DNA from: Nemertoderma westbladi
Taxonomy: Eukaryota > Animalia > Xenacoelomorpha
Direction: 5' to 3'
Assembly: GCA_032718475.1 (NCBI GenBank)
Contig: JAUCBJ010004529.1
Span: forward strand, 10,957 to 74,956
DNA length: 64,000 nucleotides
Shown: positions 12,391 to 24,621 of the stretch, piece after piece
Layout of the letters: every line of letters begins with the position of its first letter
Numbering within the stretch: the stretch's first letter is position 1
Program-made: the position numbers and the translations under genes
Notes under the pieces: model-generated
What the model was told of the DNA's origin: nothing
The model's input: only the letters and a program-made list of their open reading frames with translations
The model's database searches: none

Positions 12391-13557
12391 CCGACCCGTT
12401 AACTAGTACCGGCCCGTTGACTTTTAAATATGATCAATTTTTGAGATTTTACTAGCTATTTCTTTTACCAGATACAATAGTTACTGTTTTTTCCAGTTGG
12501 CCCCCATAATATCTTATGAATGTTCGAACTAGTCATTTTAGAATGTTTTACATTAATTGCTAGGCTTCCTAATCCGATAAGCTATCATCAACTGTTATAT
12601 TTCTAGAGAACTAAGCAAACATACAGTACCATTTTAATTATTAAAAAAAAACATTAAAAAAAACATTAAAAAAACATACGTCGATGACATAAACGAACAA
12701 TTCGACTCACCGTATAAGAAACTACAACTATATCAATTTTCTAGAACAAGTCACATTTAAATACAGAGACCTGGAAACTCACTAGCTATTCCATGAAGAA
12801 AACACTAAATGTGAGTAATCATAGGCCAAACTAATGATCAATAACTAATAATCATAACTAATGATCATCATTAGTTATGAATTCCAAACCCAATTCTCCA
12901 TATCGAAATGGTCACCCAAGAAAAAGTACTGTAGTACCCAACTCAAAATTTGGAATATTATAAATATTATTATATCGTACGTTGTAACGCAGGAACATTT
13001 TTTTTTATTTATTTATTTATTTATTATGAAACATTTTCTAAACTTGCATGCACACAAATAAATTGTAACTATGTAATAATTGGAGTACGATAAGTCAAAT
13101 AATTAGTAAATTACGATAAATGAAAAAATATTATGAATATATTTGACTTGATGCATAGTAAAGACGGAGGTTGATCGGGAAGGCCCATTACATCAACCAC
13201 CGAATAGGCATTAATAATATGAATAATATATTGTAATATTGTATTAAAATTTGATAATATTAGTTCGGTAATGTAATTATTCTACTGATGGAAAGATAAA
13301 GTGTATTGGTTGTAAGATACATTTGAATTACATTTCTAAGTAGGTCTAGTGCGATTAGAAAGAAAATTAAATCACGATATGTATAATAAAGCATTATTCC
13401 TAACTAAAAATTGATAGATTACGTATACTTATTTACTCATGCTAATGTAATAACATAACCTATCAATATACTGCTAAGGTGCTAACTTATCTATAATTTG
13501 TGAAAAAACTACGTAGATACTACATAGAACTACATAAATATGTATTTGCATAAGAAA

Positions 13558-14200
13558 TTATTGCGATTGACTCAGAAAGGCAACTAATGAGCGTTTAAAA
13601 ATAGACAAATTTTCTGATTGACGTACAGAGGTTGGTATTGAGTTCCAGATTTCTGGAGCTTTGATTTTGATTGATTGCCTGGCTAAACATAAACGCCTAC
13701 GTGGTACGATACAGTTCAGGTCAGTTACAGCACGTGTTCGGTGATTGTGTGTGTTTGATATCAAGGTTAGAAGTGTTGGGAAAATATCATTAGGCAATAT
13801 GTTGTGCAAGTGTTTATAACAAAGTAGTCCGACTTGTTTAATGTAAGTTGATCGTATTGTAAGTGGATTGAAGTTGACGAAGCCCCTATGAATGATAATG
13901 TTTTTTGCCTTTTGTTGAAGATTATGCAACATTCTATAAGTTGTATTTGGCTTAACATAGTATTTTTTTCGCTTTCTCTTGCGTCTATAGTGTTTGTTTG
14001 GGTGTTCTCTGTTATTTGTAAAGTCTGTGTATTTATATGATGTTGCTGCCCAAACTGCGGTGCAGTAATATAAGTAGGGGTTGATCATTGTGTTATAAAG
14101 AGTTGCTGCCACTTGTGGTGTAATGAAATGTTTTATTTTATTGATAATGCCGATGTTTCGACTTATTTTATTGCGTAGGTATTCGTAATGTAATTATTCA
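13558..14200 (-). mobile_element. 5'-truncated CR1/L2-group LINE nested in the Academ element
   Basis: LYNTMINPYLYYCTAVWA...LQQKAKNII...HNHRTR...KAPEIWNSIPTSVRQSENLSIFKRSL, a canonical ORF2 C-terminus. Confidence 0.8.
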
Positions 14201-15594
14201 ATGTTAACATACTATACTGTACAGTAGAATCCACTCTAATCTACTTTGCTAAGGTACTTATGCACTTTATCTGTACTATCCCTTACGGTATCGATTTATG
14301 AATACGGGTACAATAAAATAAGATGCACAATACAGTAGAAAGGAGCTAAACTGGAAATAACAAATATAGTTACCGTAGAAACATCACCTAAATGTTATAA
14401 TTGCTGAAATTTGTAATCTTTAATAATTATGTTAACACTCAACGTGTAAGGTAAGGAAATAAATATCAGCCAAATTTGGATTCTTAACCTTGTCTAAAGT
14501 TACAGAAAGGCTACGCTAATAAAATAAACATAATTTAACTAACTTTGGTGCATATTTTGTAACTAATGGTATAATTAAAGGCGTTTGAAATCGAAACACT
14601 AAACTTGAATGCCGTCTCCATAGCAACAGGATCTAAACATCAGACAAAAAAGATTGTCATTATTTCGTAAATGAACTATATTGACTTTGTAGAAGATTTC
14701 AATCCATTATGACATGCTGTTTTGCAGTTGCTATGCCTTAAATGAGAATTACGTGGTCCTTAGCAACTAGGTCGTTATTTCAAAATGCCCAAAGTCAAAA
14801 ATTTTAAAATCGCCATTTCCTCAATAAGTGGGACCTATAGAACTCAAAACATCAAAAAAATTGAATCCGTCCAAAAATTTTCGGTATACCATTGTGGCTG
14901 CCGGACTAGTACTGTAAGTACTGTAAATAAACTATAATTTTAAATATTTTACTAATTTTACCTGAATACCATTATCCGTATTTTTCTTACAATAGTACAT
15001 ACGCTTATTAGCGTACTTTGCCAGATACGTGTTCATTTTATTTTAATCTACTGTACGTGTACGTACATGTGCAAAATTAATATTATATTGTTATTCTGGC
15101 GATATTAATAACATAACATACAGCTAGTCATTATTCATTCAGACATACCGTATCTGTAGCATAGACGTATTCCAGACCACAGTACGTAGTATGTAATAAA
15201 GTAGAACGTAGTACATAAATACAAGGACTACAGTAGGCCTACTTAAGTAGTCTTTAATATTCTTTCTATAATTCATATTGTAACATTTGAGTAATTTCAA
15301 AAAATGTACACTTTACTTGACAACAAAAATTTACATGCAGTGTTTCTTAAGTAGTTGTTTCGTAATGTTACACATTTGGAATAAAACAACGTACCGTCAG
15401 ACCGTACCTACTGTACTTGTTGCATTTGTCTTTATTAAGGTTTTCCGTCTCTGTATCCTTATTTTCATTTCACCCACCCACAACTTTCGTTCGTTTAAGT
15501 AAACTCGGATTAGTGCAGCTGCAGTATTATAGATAACCGAATAAACTACAGGTACTGTACAGTATAACAGGCAGATTTTATGTTTTATACTAGT

Positions 15595-15835
15595 CAGCCC
15601 GGTGCGGCTTTGAAGAGCCGGTGGAAGATTTTTCACCCGGCGCATCATTTTGCATTGCACAGAGCCGGCGCAGGATTTTTGCACCTGGCATGGGCGTTGG
15701 TTTGCACAGAGCCGGCGCAGGATTTTTTGCACCCGGCGTGGTTTTGCACAGAGCCGGCGCAGGATTTTTTGCACCCGGCGTGGTTTTGCTCAGAGCCGGC
15801 GCAGGATTTTTGGCACCCGGCGCCGCGTTCGGCGC
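15595..15835. repeat. GC-rich ~42-bp minisatellite (about 5 copies)
   Basis: Unit GCACAGAGCCGGCGCAGGATTTTTTGCACCCGGCGTGGTTTT; probably subterminal repeats of a MITE. Confidence 0.85.
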
Positions 15836-16569
15836 AGAAAATAAAACTTTTCAATAGGGGCTGTATAGCCCTATACCAGTATAAATATTATAATATAATT
15901 AAATAATCTGGGAAATAAATATGTATTCTGGTATTAGGCCTACTGTATTTAGACGTAGCCAGTAGCTTTAGCGTATATCTGTACCTATATGAAATATTGA
16001 CAAAAAGCGCGCCACGCGGATTCTGGTTAAATGAAAAGCGCGCCAGCCATGACATTCAATGTGCGCCAACCATTGAAAGATTGACCATTAAATTTTGCAA
16101 TTATCAGATTATTGTAGGGTAATCATTTATCAGTTTATACTGCAGTACCTACGCTGCAGACATAGAGTTAGACCTGTAGACCCACTCCTACAGTATTTTA
16201 ACATGAAAATGCGAGCTCAGCGAGCAGGAAAATTTTGCAGAAAAGTAAACATGAATCAGTGAATAGGCGCACAGTAAAGTAATACTGCAAAAATACAGAT
16301 GTGATTAAATTGCTAGCGTAGCGAGCAAGAAAATTTTAAAATTTTTGGGTCAACCGACTATTTTTTACCTACAGATGTGATTATGAATTACATCGGAGTG
16401 TAGCGAGCACGGAAAATCTGCTGAATCGTGGTTTTAGGCTATATTGGTGTGAACAATTGAAAAACCTTTCAAACAACTCATATTTTGAAAGACATTAAAA
16501 CAGTAAAACTTTGACCTGATTGGCCATGATGATTAACGTGGATTGGATACGGTACCTTCAATGCTCAGT

Positions 16570-17890
16570 TGGTGTAGGCGTAGGTGTAGATGTAGGTGTA
16601 GGCGTAGGTGGAGGCGTAGGTGTAGAGGTGTAGGCGTGGGTGTAGGCGTAGGCGTAGGTGTAGATGTAGGTGTAAGCGTAGGTGGAGGCGTAGGTGTAGA
16701 GGTGTAGGCGTGGGTGTAGGCGTAGGCATAGGCGTAGGTGTTGGTGTAGGCGTAAGTGTAGATGTAGGTGTAGGCGTAGGTAGAGGTGTAGGTGTATAGG
16801 TGTAGGTGTGGGTGTAGGCGTAGGCGTAGGTGGAGGCGTAGGTGGATGCGTAGGTGTAGGCGTAGGCGTAGGTGTAGGTGTTGGTGTATGTATAGGTGTC
16901 GGTGTAGGCGTGTAGGTGATTAACGTGGATTGGATACGGTACCTTCAATGCTCAGTTGGTGTAGGCGTAGGTGTAGATGTAGGTGTAGGCGTAGGTGGAG
17001 GCGTAGGTGTAGAGGTGTAGGCGTGGGTGTAGGCGTAGGCGTAGGTGTAGATGTAGGTGTAAGCGTAGGTGGAGGCGTAGGTGTAGAGGTGTAGGCGTGG
17101 GTGTAGGCGTAGGCATAGGCGTAGGTGTTGGTGTAGGCGTAAGTGTAGATGTAGGTGTAGGCGTAGGTAGAGGTGTAGGTGTATAGGTGTAGGTGTGGGT
17201 GTAGGCGTAGGCGTAGGTGGAGGCGTAGGTGGATGCGTAGGTGTAGGCGTAGGCGTAGGTGTAGGTGTTGGTGTATGTATAGGTGTCGGTGTAGGCGTAG
17301 GTGTAGCCGTAGGTGTAGGCGTAGGTGTTGGTGTATGTATAGGTGTCCGGTGTCGGTGTAGGCGTAGGTGTTGGTGTAGGCGTAGGCGTTGGCGTAGGCG
17401 TAGGCGTAGGTGTAGGTGTAGGCGTAGGAGTAGATGTAGGTGTAGGCGTAGGTGGAGGCGTAGGTGTATAGGTGTAGGCGTGGGTGTAGGCGTAGGCGTA
17501 GGTGTCGGTGTAGGCGAAGGTGTTGGTGTTGGTGTAGGCGTAGGTGTAGATGTAGGTGTAGGCGTAGGTGGAGGCGTATGTGTATAGTTGTAGGCATGGG
17601 TGCAGGCGTAGGCGTAGGCGTAGGTGGAGGCGTAGGCGTAGGTGTTGGTGTATGTATAGGTGTCGGTGTATGCGTAGGTGTTGGTGTAGGCGTAGGTGTA
17701 GATGTAGGTGTAGGCGTAGGTGGAGGCGTAGGTGTATAGGTGTAGGCGTGGGTGTAGGCGTAGGCGTAGGTGGAGGCGTAGGTATAGGTCTCGGTGTAGG
17801 CGTAGGTGTAGCCGTAGGTGTAGGTGTAGGTGTAGGTAGGCGTAGGTGTAGGTGTAGGTATATGTGTAGGTGTAGGTGTAGGCGTAGGTG
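16570..17890. repeat. G-rich hexamer satellite (GTGTAG/GCGTAG)n
   Basis: About 1.3 kb of GTAGGT/GTAGGC variants with strong strand skew; interrupted once by a duplicated unique segment. Confidence 0.95.
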
Positions 17891-17900
17891 TCTCTCTACA

Positions 17901-17948
17901 GCCCTACCCAAGGCGATACCTAGTACTAGGTATCGCCTTGGCCCTACC
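17901..17948. mobile_element. Putative P-element-type excision footprint (16+16 bp TIR ends between 8-bp TSDs)
   Basis: GCCCTACC | CAAGGCGATACCTAGT ACTAGGTATCGCCTTG | GCCCTACC. Confidence 0.65.
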
Positions 17949-17979
17949 CAACAAGTACAGTCAGTAGTGAACATACCCT

Positions 17980-19340
17980 TAAATAAGCTCCACAAGATAA
18001 GGGAGCTTTTGAGCTTAATTGGATAGGAGCAAAAATGCACAACGAGCAACAATGACCACAATAAGCAACAACGACCAACAATGAGTAACAAAACAACGAG
18101 CAATAATGAGCAACAACGAGTAACATCGATCAACAATGAGCAACAACGAGTAACATTGAGTAACAACGAGCAACAATGAGAAATAATGAGCAACAACGAG
18201 CAACACTGAGTAACAACGAGATACAATGAGCAACAATGCTCCAATGAGCAATAATAAAGTACAACAACGAGCAACACTGAGCAACAACGAGATACAATGA
18301 GCAACAATGCTCCAATGAGCAATAATAAAGTACAACAACGAGCAACTATGAGCAACAGAACGATCAACAATGAGCAACAACAAGAACTAACTAGCAAGAA
18401 TGAGCAATAATGAGGAACAACGACTGAACAAACAATAATAAAATACAACAACGAGCAACAATGAGTAACAACCAGCAACAACGAGTAACATTGAGCAACA
18501 ACAAGAAACAATGAGCAATAATAAAGTACAACAACGAGCAACAACCAGAAACAACGAGCAATGTGGAACAACGACTGAACGAGCAATAATAAAATACAAC
18601 AACGACAAACAATTAGCAGCAACGAGTAACAACGAGCAATAATAAAGTACAATGAGCAACAACAACCAACAACGAGAAACAATGAGCAACAACGAGCAAC
18701 ATTGAGTAATAATAAAGTAAACAACGAGCAACAATGAGCACCAACAAGCAACAATGACCACCAACAACCAACAATGATTAACAACGAGCAACAATGATTA
18801 ACAACGAGCAACATTGAGCAACAATGAGAAACAATGAGCAACAATGAGCAATAATAAAGTACAACAACGAGCAACAACCATAAACAACGAGCAACAATGA
18901 GGAACAAGGACTGAACGAGCAATAATAAAATACAACAACGAGCAACAATGAGCAACAACGAGTAACAACGAGCAATAATAAAGTACAATGAGCAACAACA
19001 AGCAACAACGAGAAACAATAAGCAACAACGAGCAACATTGAGTAATAATAAAGTAAACAACGAGCAACAATGAGTACCAACAAGCACGAAGTATTTGAGC
19101 AACAAGTATTTGTCTGTCGTCGTCGTAAATTTTTTATCGCAAATAGCTCGGTCATTCCTTGATGAAATTAAACTAAACTTGGTATGTATTTAGTCCGTTA
19201 AAAGATTAGAAATAATCTGAAGTTTGGTAAAAAACGAACAACGCAACGAGGCAAATTAAGGAGACGAGTATTGTGTTGACGACCTCTGACTAACGAAAGA
19301 CAACACGTTAATGGGGCCCCTATATGCTAGGGCTATCTAA
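17980..19340 (+). mobile_element. Helentron-associated non-autonomous element (HINE/DINE-like) carrying the decamer satellite
   Basis: 5' short inverted pair AAGCTCC...GGAGCTT, then the satellite, a GTCTGTCGTCGTCG microsatellite and an AAACTTGGTATG core, which is the layout of HINE-type elements. Confidence 0.35.
18036..19090. repeat. Decamer satellite (AACAACGAGC/AACAATGAGC)n with higher-order structure
   Basis: About 1 kb of 10-bp variants punctuated by AATAATAAAGTAC; a diagnostic block recurs at 18711 and 19047 (336-bp offset). Confidence 0.92.
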
Positions 19341-19942
19341 GGCATTGCTCACTTCATGCTGCGCGAAGGCCCCACGAACGTGTCCCACTGCTACCTGAGC
19401 CAGTTGAGCTAAAACGTCATCCAGTCATCATCTTTAACCTTCATAACGTCTATCAGCTGCCCGACCGAACCATCTTTGTGCCAATTGAAATATCGCGTTT
19501 GATGTGTTCGCATTCGCAAGCATTGTTGGTTTTTTCACGCCTTTCAAGTCCAACATTGTGCACAATCCATCTAAGTGGGGCGGGCGTAACGCGGAGCAGA
19601 CGAGGAAATGCAGGAACATGCATTTCAATCATTGGTGACAGGCGAAAATTTTAGTAAACCATTGAAAATTAAACTGAATATAAAAAATGGGTTAAACGAA
19701 CTGAATGACGCCTTTACAAACAAATGAATTCAACTTCCAACCGAAAGTATATACCGGTAATATAGTATTTATTTTTGGGCCAAACTGGGGTTGGAAGAAT
19801 CTGAAATAATTAAACGAACGAAAGTATAACATTATTCCTGAACAAAAAATATGTTAATAAAAGAATTATATATTATTATATTGTCTCATATATTATATTA
19901 TTATATCAATAATAACAGAATGAATGACATGTGTTCACTGAG

Positions 19943-22274
19943 TTAAACAAGCATTATTCGGCGATTCTTCACTGAGAATTTCTCAATCACCGAACTAACA
20001 TCAACAACTTTTTCTGAATGGATTGCCATCAGTGCTAATCCGGTCAATCTATCTTCTCCCATAGTGTTCCTGAGGTACGTCTTAAGACGTTTCAGGGTGC
20101 TGAAGCTGCGCTCAGGTGATGAATTTGTGACAGGGAGGGTTGCGAGAATTTTTAAAAGGATGGCAATAGTAGGAAAATGATTCTCGTAAGCGAAGTCGAG
20201 TGCCCGGGTAAGTGAATGGAATCCCTTTGTCAAGAAAATCCATCGCTCGACTTCAGCTCTGAACAAATGTTCCAGGTCGAGATCTTCGATGTAGGGTTCG
20301 GCAGCGGAGAAAACTGTTGCTTGATCCGGTGATTCCTTCAGCAGTTCTTGTAAATGCAAGACTTTCCCGAGCGATTCTGGTCCGAACCTGGTGTTGAGTT
20401 CCGTGATCATGTGATCAGTGAATGGGATGTATACGGCTCGTCGGAAATATTCTTCCACATTTGCTGCATCCACATTGGCTCGATGGCATTGACGTCCAGC
20501 TTGGCGAGGAATTTCGATTGCAGGAGCACCAATCTCCTCCGCAAGATTAACAGCGCGATGGAAAACGGCCTTGAATTTAGTTTCTATGTTTTCACGGATG
20601 TCACAGAAAACTTGAATAATTCCATCCATCATTGAGTAAGCGGAAATGATGTCTGATGTCGACGACTGCAGTTGAATGCTTGGCTGTACTGTATGAGCCA
20701 AGAGAGATTCACAGGCAATGAGTCCAACGATGAATTTGTTTGATCGGATACTGTTCACCAGCTGTATTGCCTTGGTGTCTGTTTCCGATGTTTCATCCAG
20801 GAAAGCAGCGACAGCCGGAAGCAACTCAGCGAACACAATCACGGCATCATGCCGCTCCACCCAGCGGGTTTCGCAAAGCTGGACTAGCTTGTGTCACGAA
20901 GTGGAGCTGCTCTCTTTCACCTTGTTTGTAAATTGCAAGCACCTCTTGTTGGATGAATAAATATAGTCGTAGACCTGAGATATGATGTCGAAAGCGATGT
21001 GAATGGAAGGAATTGAACACGCTTTTGTGACGACGAGATTGAGTTTGTGGTTGAAACAATGCACCACCTTAGCAAGGGGGGAATCGCGTTGAATAACAGC
21101 TGCACAGTGCACACCCATTGTACTGGCCCATCATGTTTGCTGCTCCATCGAAACCAAGCCCTCGACAGTTCCCCATCTTGAGTCCGATTCGCTCAACTGA
21201 AGAGATGAGAAGCTTGGCTAGTTCAAAACCCGATAACTTCTCAGCATGAACAAAGCAGACAAAATCCTCTCGGATCATACCCTCACTCACATGACGGATG
21301 GTGATGGATGCCTGTTCCATATGTGAGACGTCAGTTGTTTCATCCATCAGCACAGTGAATGGTCCCTCGACACTCTTCACAATGTCCTCCGTAATCAGGT
21401 CACCAATAATCTGAATCATCTCATTTTGTGTAGTCTTACTGATCATAGTGGCATTACTCTTGCCACATTCGAGGAGAGTTCGGAGATCACTATCACTGCT
21501 ATCAATCCGAAATCGAAGGAGGGATCGGAAGAGTCCCTCTCCTTTTGCAGAGCCAGAGGGAATGCTGAGATCGAGTTTTCCGCCATCCCGGTGTCCTCGC
21601 AGCGGAATGCAGTTTTTCCCACAAAACAACACCGTCTTGACAATTGGTAATAGGAGGCGGCGATTGGCTTCTATCGTCTTCTGCCTGTTAGTAATTAGTA
21701 ATGTGTCGACACTTATTAATGGGTTTTTCCGTGAAGATTTGAATGCAACCATTTTCTCTACAGCAGCATTATGATAAGAATTCTCATTGTGATCTTGGAG
21801 CAAATTAGCACCCTTCTTGAATTTTGTCATTGGGTTGTTCACAAGAACACCAAGACGACAGGTTTGCCCCTTTCCCGCTGTGTCAGGAGCAAATAGTACA
21901 CATGGCAAACAGTATCCTCCTTCGGTAATGTGTGAGTACCGTAACCACTGGTATCTTTTCAGCCAGTGTGCTTGGAACTTGCGTTTTTGGGAGCCTTCTA
22001 TTTTTTGTGGAAAGTTCACATGTTCCACCTCCTCATTCAACAACTGTAGAATTTCCTCATCCTTCAACTTCTTGCCTCGAACCTCTGAAAGATCTAAGCG
22101 GTAGTTGTCGGGTCGTGCTTGTTGTTCAACCCTGCTCCCACTCGGTTTCGGACTTGAACGTTTCTCGTTTGGCCTGGCATCGACTTCCTTCTCGTCACCA
22201 CCATCGTTGTTGGCTTTCATCTTCTTGGGGATTGGCGGGAGAAAATATGATTTAATCGACCGCTTTTCGCTCAT
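19943..22274 (-). pseudogene. hAT transposase (ZMYM1/THAP12-PRKRIR-like: TTF zinc finger, DUF4371, hAT dimerisation domain), one frameshift and one stop
   Basis: RKFQAHWLKRYQWLRYS..GYCLPCVLF; PLRGHRD; MDETTDVSHMEQ; GFDGAANMMG; frameshift at ~21115 into VHCFNHKLNL; TGA at 20894 then in-frame CETRWVERHD; TLPVTNSSPERSFSTLKRLKTYLRNTMGEDRLTGLALM. Confidence 0.92.
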
Positions 22275-22364
22275 GGCGGTGAGTGGAAACCAACACCCAA
22301 GAATATTTTAATATCAAAACTGTCACGCAGAACAGAGTCCAGCAGTACAACAATAGTATCTAAA

Positions 22365-22545
22365 TCTATATATCTATAAATAAATATATTTATATATATA
22401 TATATATAAATAAATATATTTATATATATATATATATAAATAAATATATAAATATAAATAAATATAAAAAAAATATAAATAAATATAAATATAAAAATAT
22501 ATAAAAAAATATTTATATATAAATAAATCTATATATCTATATAAA
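22365..22545. repeat. (TA)n / TAAATA low-complexity tract
   Basis: Nearly pure A/T with repeated TATATAAATAAATATATTTATATATA. Confidence 0.9.
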
Positions 22546-23341
22546 TATCAGCTGTGACACCCGTACATTTAGAATAGAAAAATATTCCCCCATAGACGGC
22601 ATTTATCTGTGGACGGTCTTCTTATAGCTAGCTTGCTGTCTTTCTAGTTTTAAATATTTTTTTAAATGTTATATTTCGAAAAAATTGTTTTTTTAAGAAC
22701 CGTAACTATGAATTAATTAAGTACCTACAGTATTTGTTATTATTTGTTTTAGGTTGAAATTTAACATATTTCTTGAACCTCAATCATCTGCAGTGTAATT
22801 TTTCAACATGTGGCTATGTTTTCCTCCTAATGTAATTATTTGGATTATATTGAAATTTGAATTTCACTTGTTTCAATTTCTGCACTAGGCCTACTATCTG
22901 TACTGTACAAATTAAGTAAGGAATGTGCGTTGCTAGGAAACTGGATAAATAAGATTCTTAGATGATAGTAGATAGCTAAAGCTTTAGTGATTTTACATTT
23001 GCCGGTCGGTATCATCTGATACTGATATACAGTAGTCTGATGTTGTGGCTACTCCTTGTACATGTACATTCCAAATATAAATATTGCAACTACAAACGTC
23101 TTCGGCGGATGCACTATGGTACTTTATGCCATAGGCTATTCCGCTATTCCAGTATCAACATAAATTAGACGTTAGCCTACCGGTAAAAATAACATTACTA
23201 ATACCGTAAATTCGCTTTAATGTACAGACAATCCGACAAAGTAGGCCTAAAGCCGAAACCGAAACAAGTTTTTAATCTGTTAATCGGTATGGTACAGGTA
23301 CAGACAATCTGAATGTGGGCCTAGCCCTAGAGCCGAAATTG

Positions 23342-24415
23342 ACGAGGCGTTAAAGTCTATACAAATCAATCCAGGTTTCAGCCAATCACAAAGGAGATGA
23401 CGTAGGGCCTATTACAAATGAATGTGGATTGATTTGTATAGACTTTAATGACCACCCATGTTCTGTTAGAATCTATACATTTCAATTATTAATTATTTTT
23501 ATTTAAATACTGTTTTCCCACTACTATTTCCAATAATAGTACTAAAGTAAGTAAGATGGTCTTAGAACGGTCTTAAACTTCTGAAATTTCTGGTCTTAGA
23601 TGGAAGATGGTCTAAGAAGATTCTGAAATCCCTAAACAGTTCTGGGAGGCTACCTCCGCCATGTCTACGTCTAAGGAGGTAGGGTACCCCCTGCCTCGTC
23701 TGAACAAACTGAATGCTTTATTGCACAACCCGAAAATTACGCACAGCAATAAATTAATGGCTCACAATGCCATTGACAACATTATAAAATCCTTAACACA
23801 TCGATTACCACTACTCACAAAGTCGCCTAATAATAAACGAATTATCACCCAGTATACCGCCGAATTTCCTCAATCCGACGGCAATTGTACACAACGCGAA
23901 AAAAACAAATTAGAGAAAAGAAGAAATACCTAAGACCGACTAACATGGAACAAAATAGTATGTCTGCATATCTCAATCGATTGCAGCCGGTTGTAATTGG
24001 ACCGGGCCGCGATCATGATTACGCATTAACTAACTGTATCTGACTGTACATTTTATACTGTACGTATGATTAAATGTTCTGCGGCTTTCAGATAATGGTT
24101 TGCTACTGTATGATTAACCTGTTAATTTACTATAAGCATAACATATGTATCTATAATTATAATAATGTAGAACAAGTATGAGAGTGTCTAGCAAAGATTT
24201 TTCATATCCTTCATATCAGCTATAGCCTATACAGTTGACTTGAACTTATAATTTAAATTATAAGTAAAAAAATTGAAATGTATAGATTCTAACAGAACGT
24301 GGGTGGTCATTAAAGCCCATACAAATCAATCCACATTCGGTTGTAATAGGCCTACGTCATCTCCTTTGTGATTGGCTGAACCCTGGATTGATTTGTATAG
24401 ACTTTAACGCCTCGT
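23342..24415. mobile_element. Non-autonomous long-TIR element with 9-bp TSD (MULE-like)
   Basis: ~146-bp TIRs (ACGAGGCGTTAAAGTCTATAC... / ...GTATAGACTTTAACGCCTCGT); CCGAAATTG directly repeated at 23333-23341 and 24416-24424. Confidence 0.85.
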
Positions 24416-24589
24416 CCGAAATTGCAACTTTAAGTTAAATTCAAATTTCCCGCGGGAGCCCTTCAGCAATTAAATCTGTACTCCATGAACCCGCTTGTCG
24501 CTACAATCACTGTCCTACATCCTAGAAGTAATAGCTGTAACTCTAACATTGCATCACTATGGAGTTACTTAAATATAAGCTGCCAAATT

Positions 24590-24590
24590 T

Positions 24591-24621
<31 letters not shown>

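Larger units (their letters stand above)
10487..14908 (-). mobile_element. Academ-superfamily DNA transposon, internally deleted
   Basis: Termini TAGTCCGGCAGCCAC / GTGGCTGCCGGACTA (5'-TAG...CTA-3'); further inverted matches ACCGAAAATTTTTGGACGGATT / AATCCGTCCAAAAATTTTCGGT; internal Academ-type coding relics. No TSD visible. Confidence 0.8.

Noticed and set aside
16565-19155. 717-aa and other long ORFs (Cys/Leu-rich, TP/YA/HL repeats)
   Set aside because: Stop-free by-products of the hexamer and decamer satellites; several frames are open at once.
19434-19628. 64-aa ORF ending ...AQRWFGRAADRRYEG, faintly like DUF4806/BEN-type TE accessory proteins
   Set aside because: Too short and too weak to call without a profile search.
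24592-24621. Long G/C homopolymers (also ~29885, ~33761, ~52452)
   Set aside because: Common within TE ends and prone to sequencing length error; no independent evidence of function.
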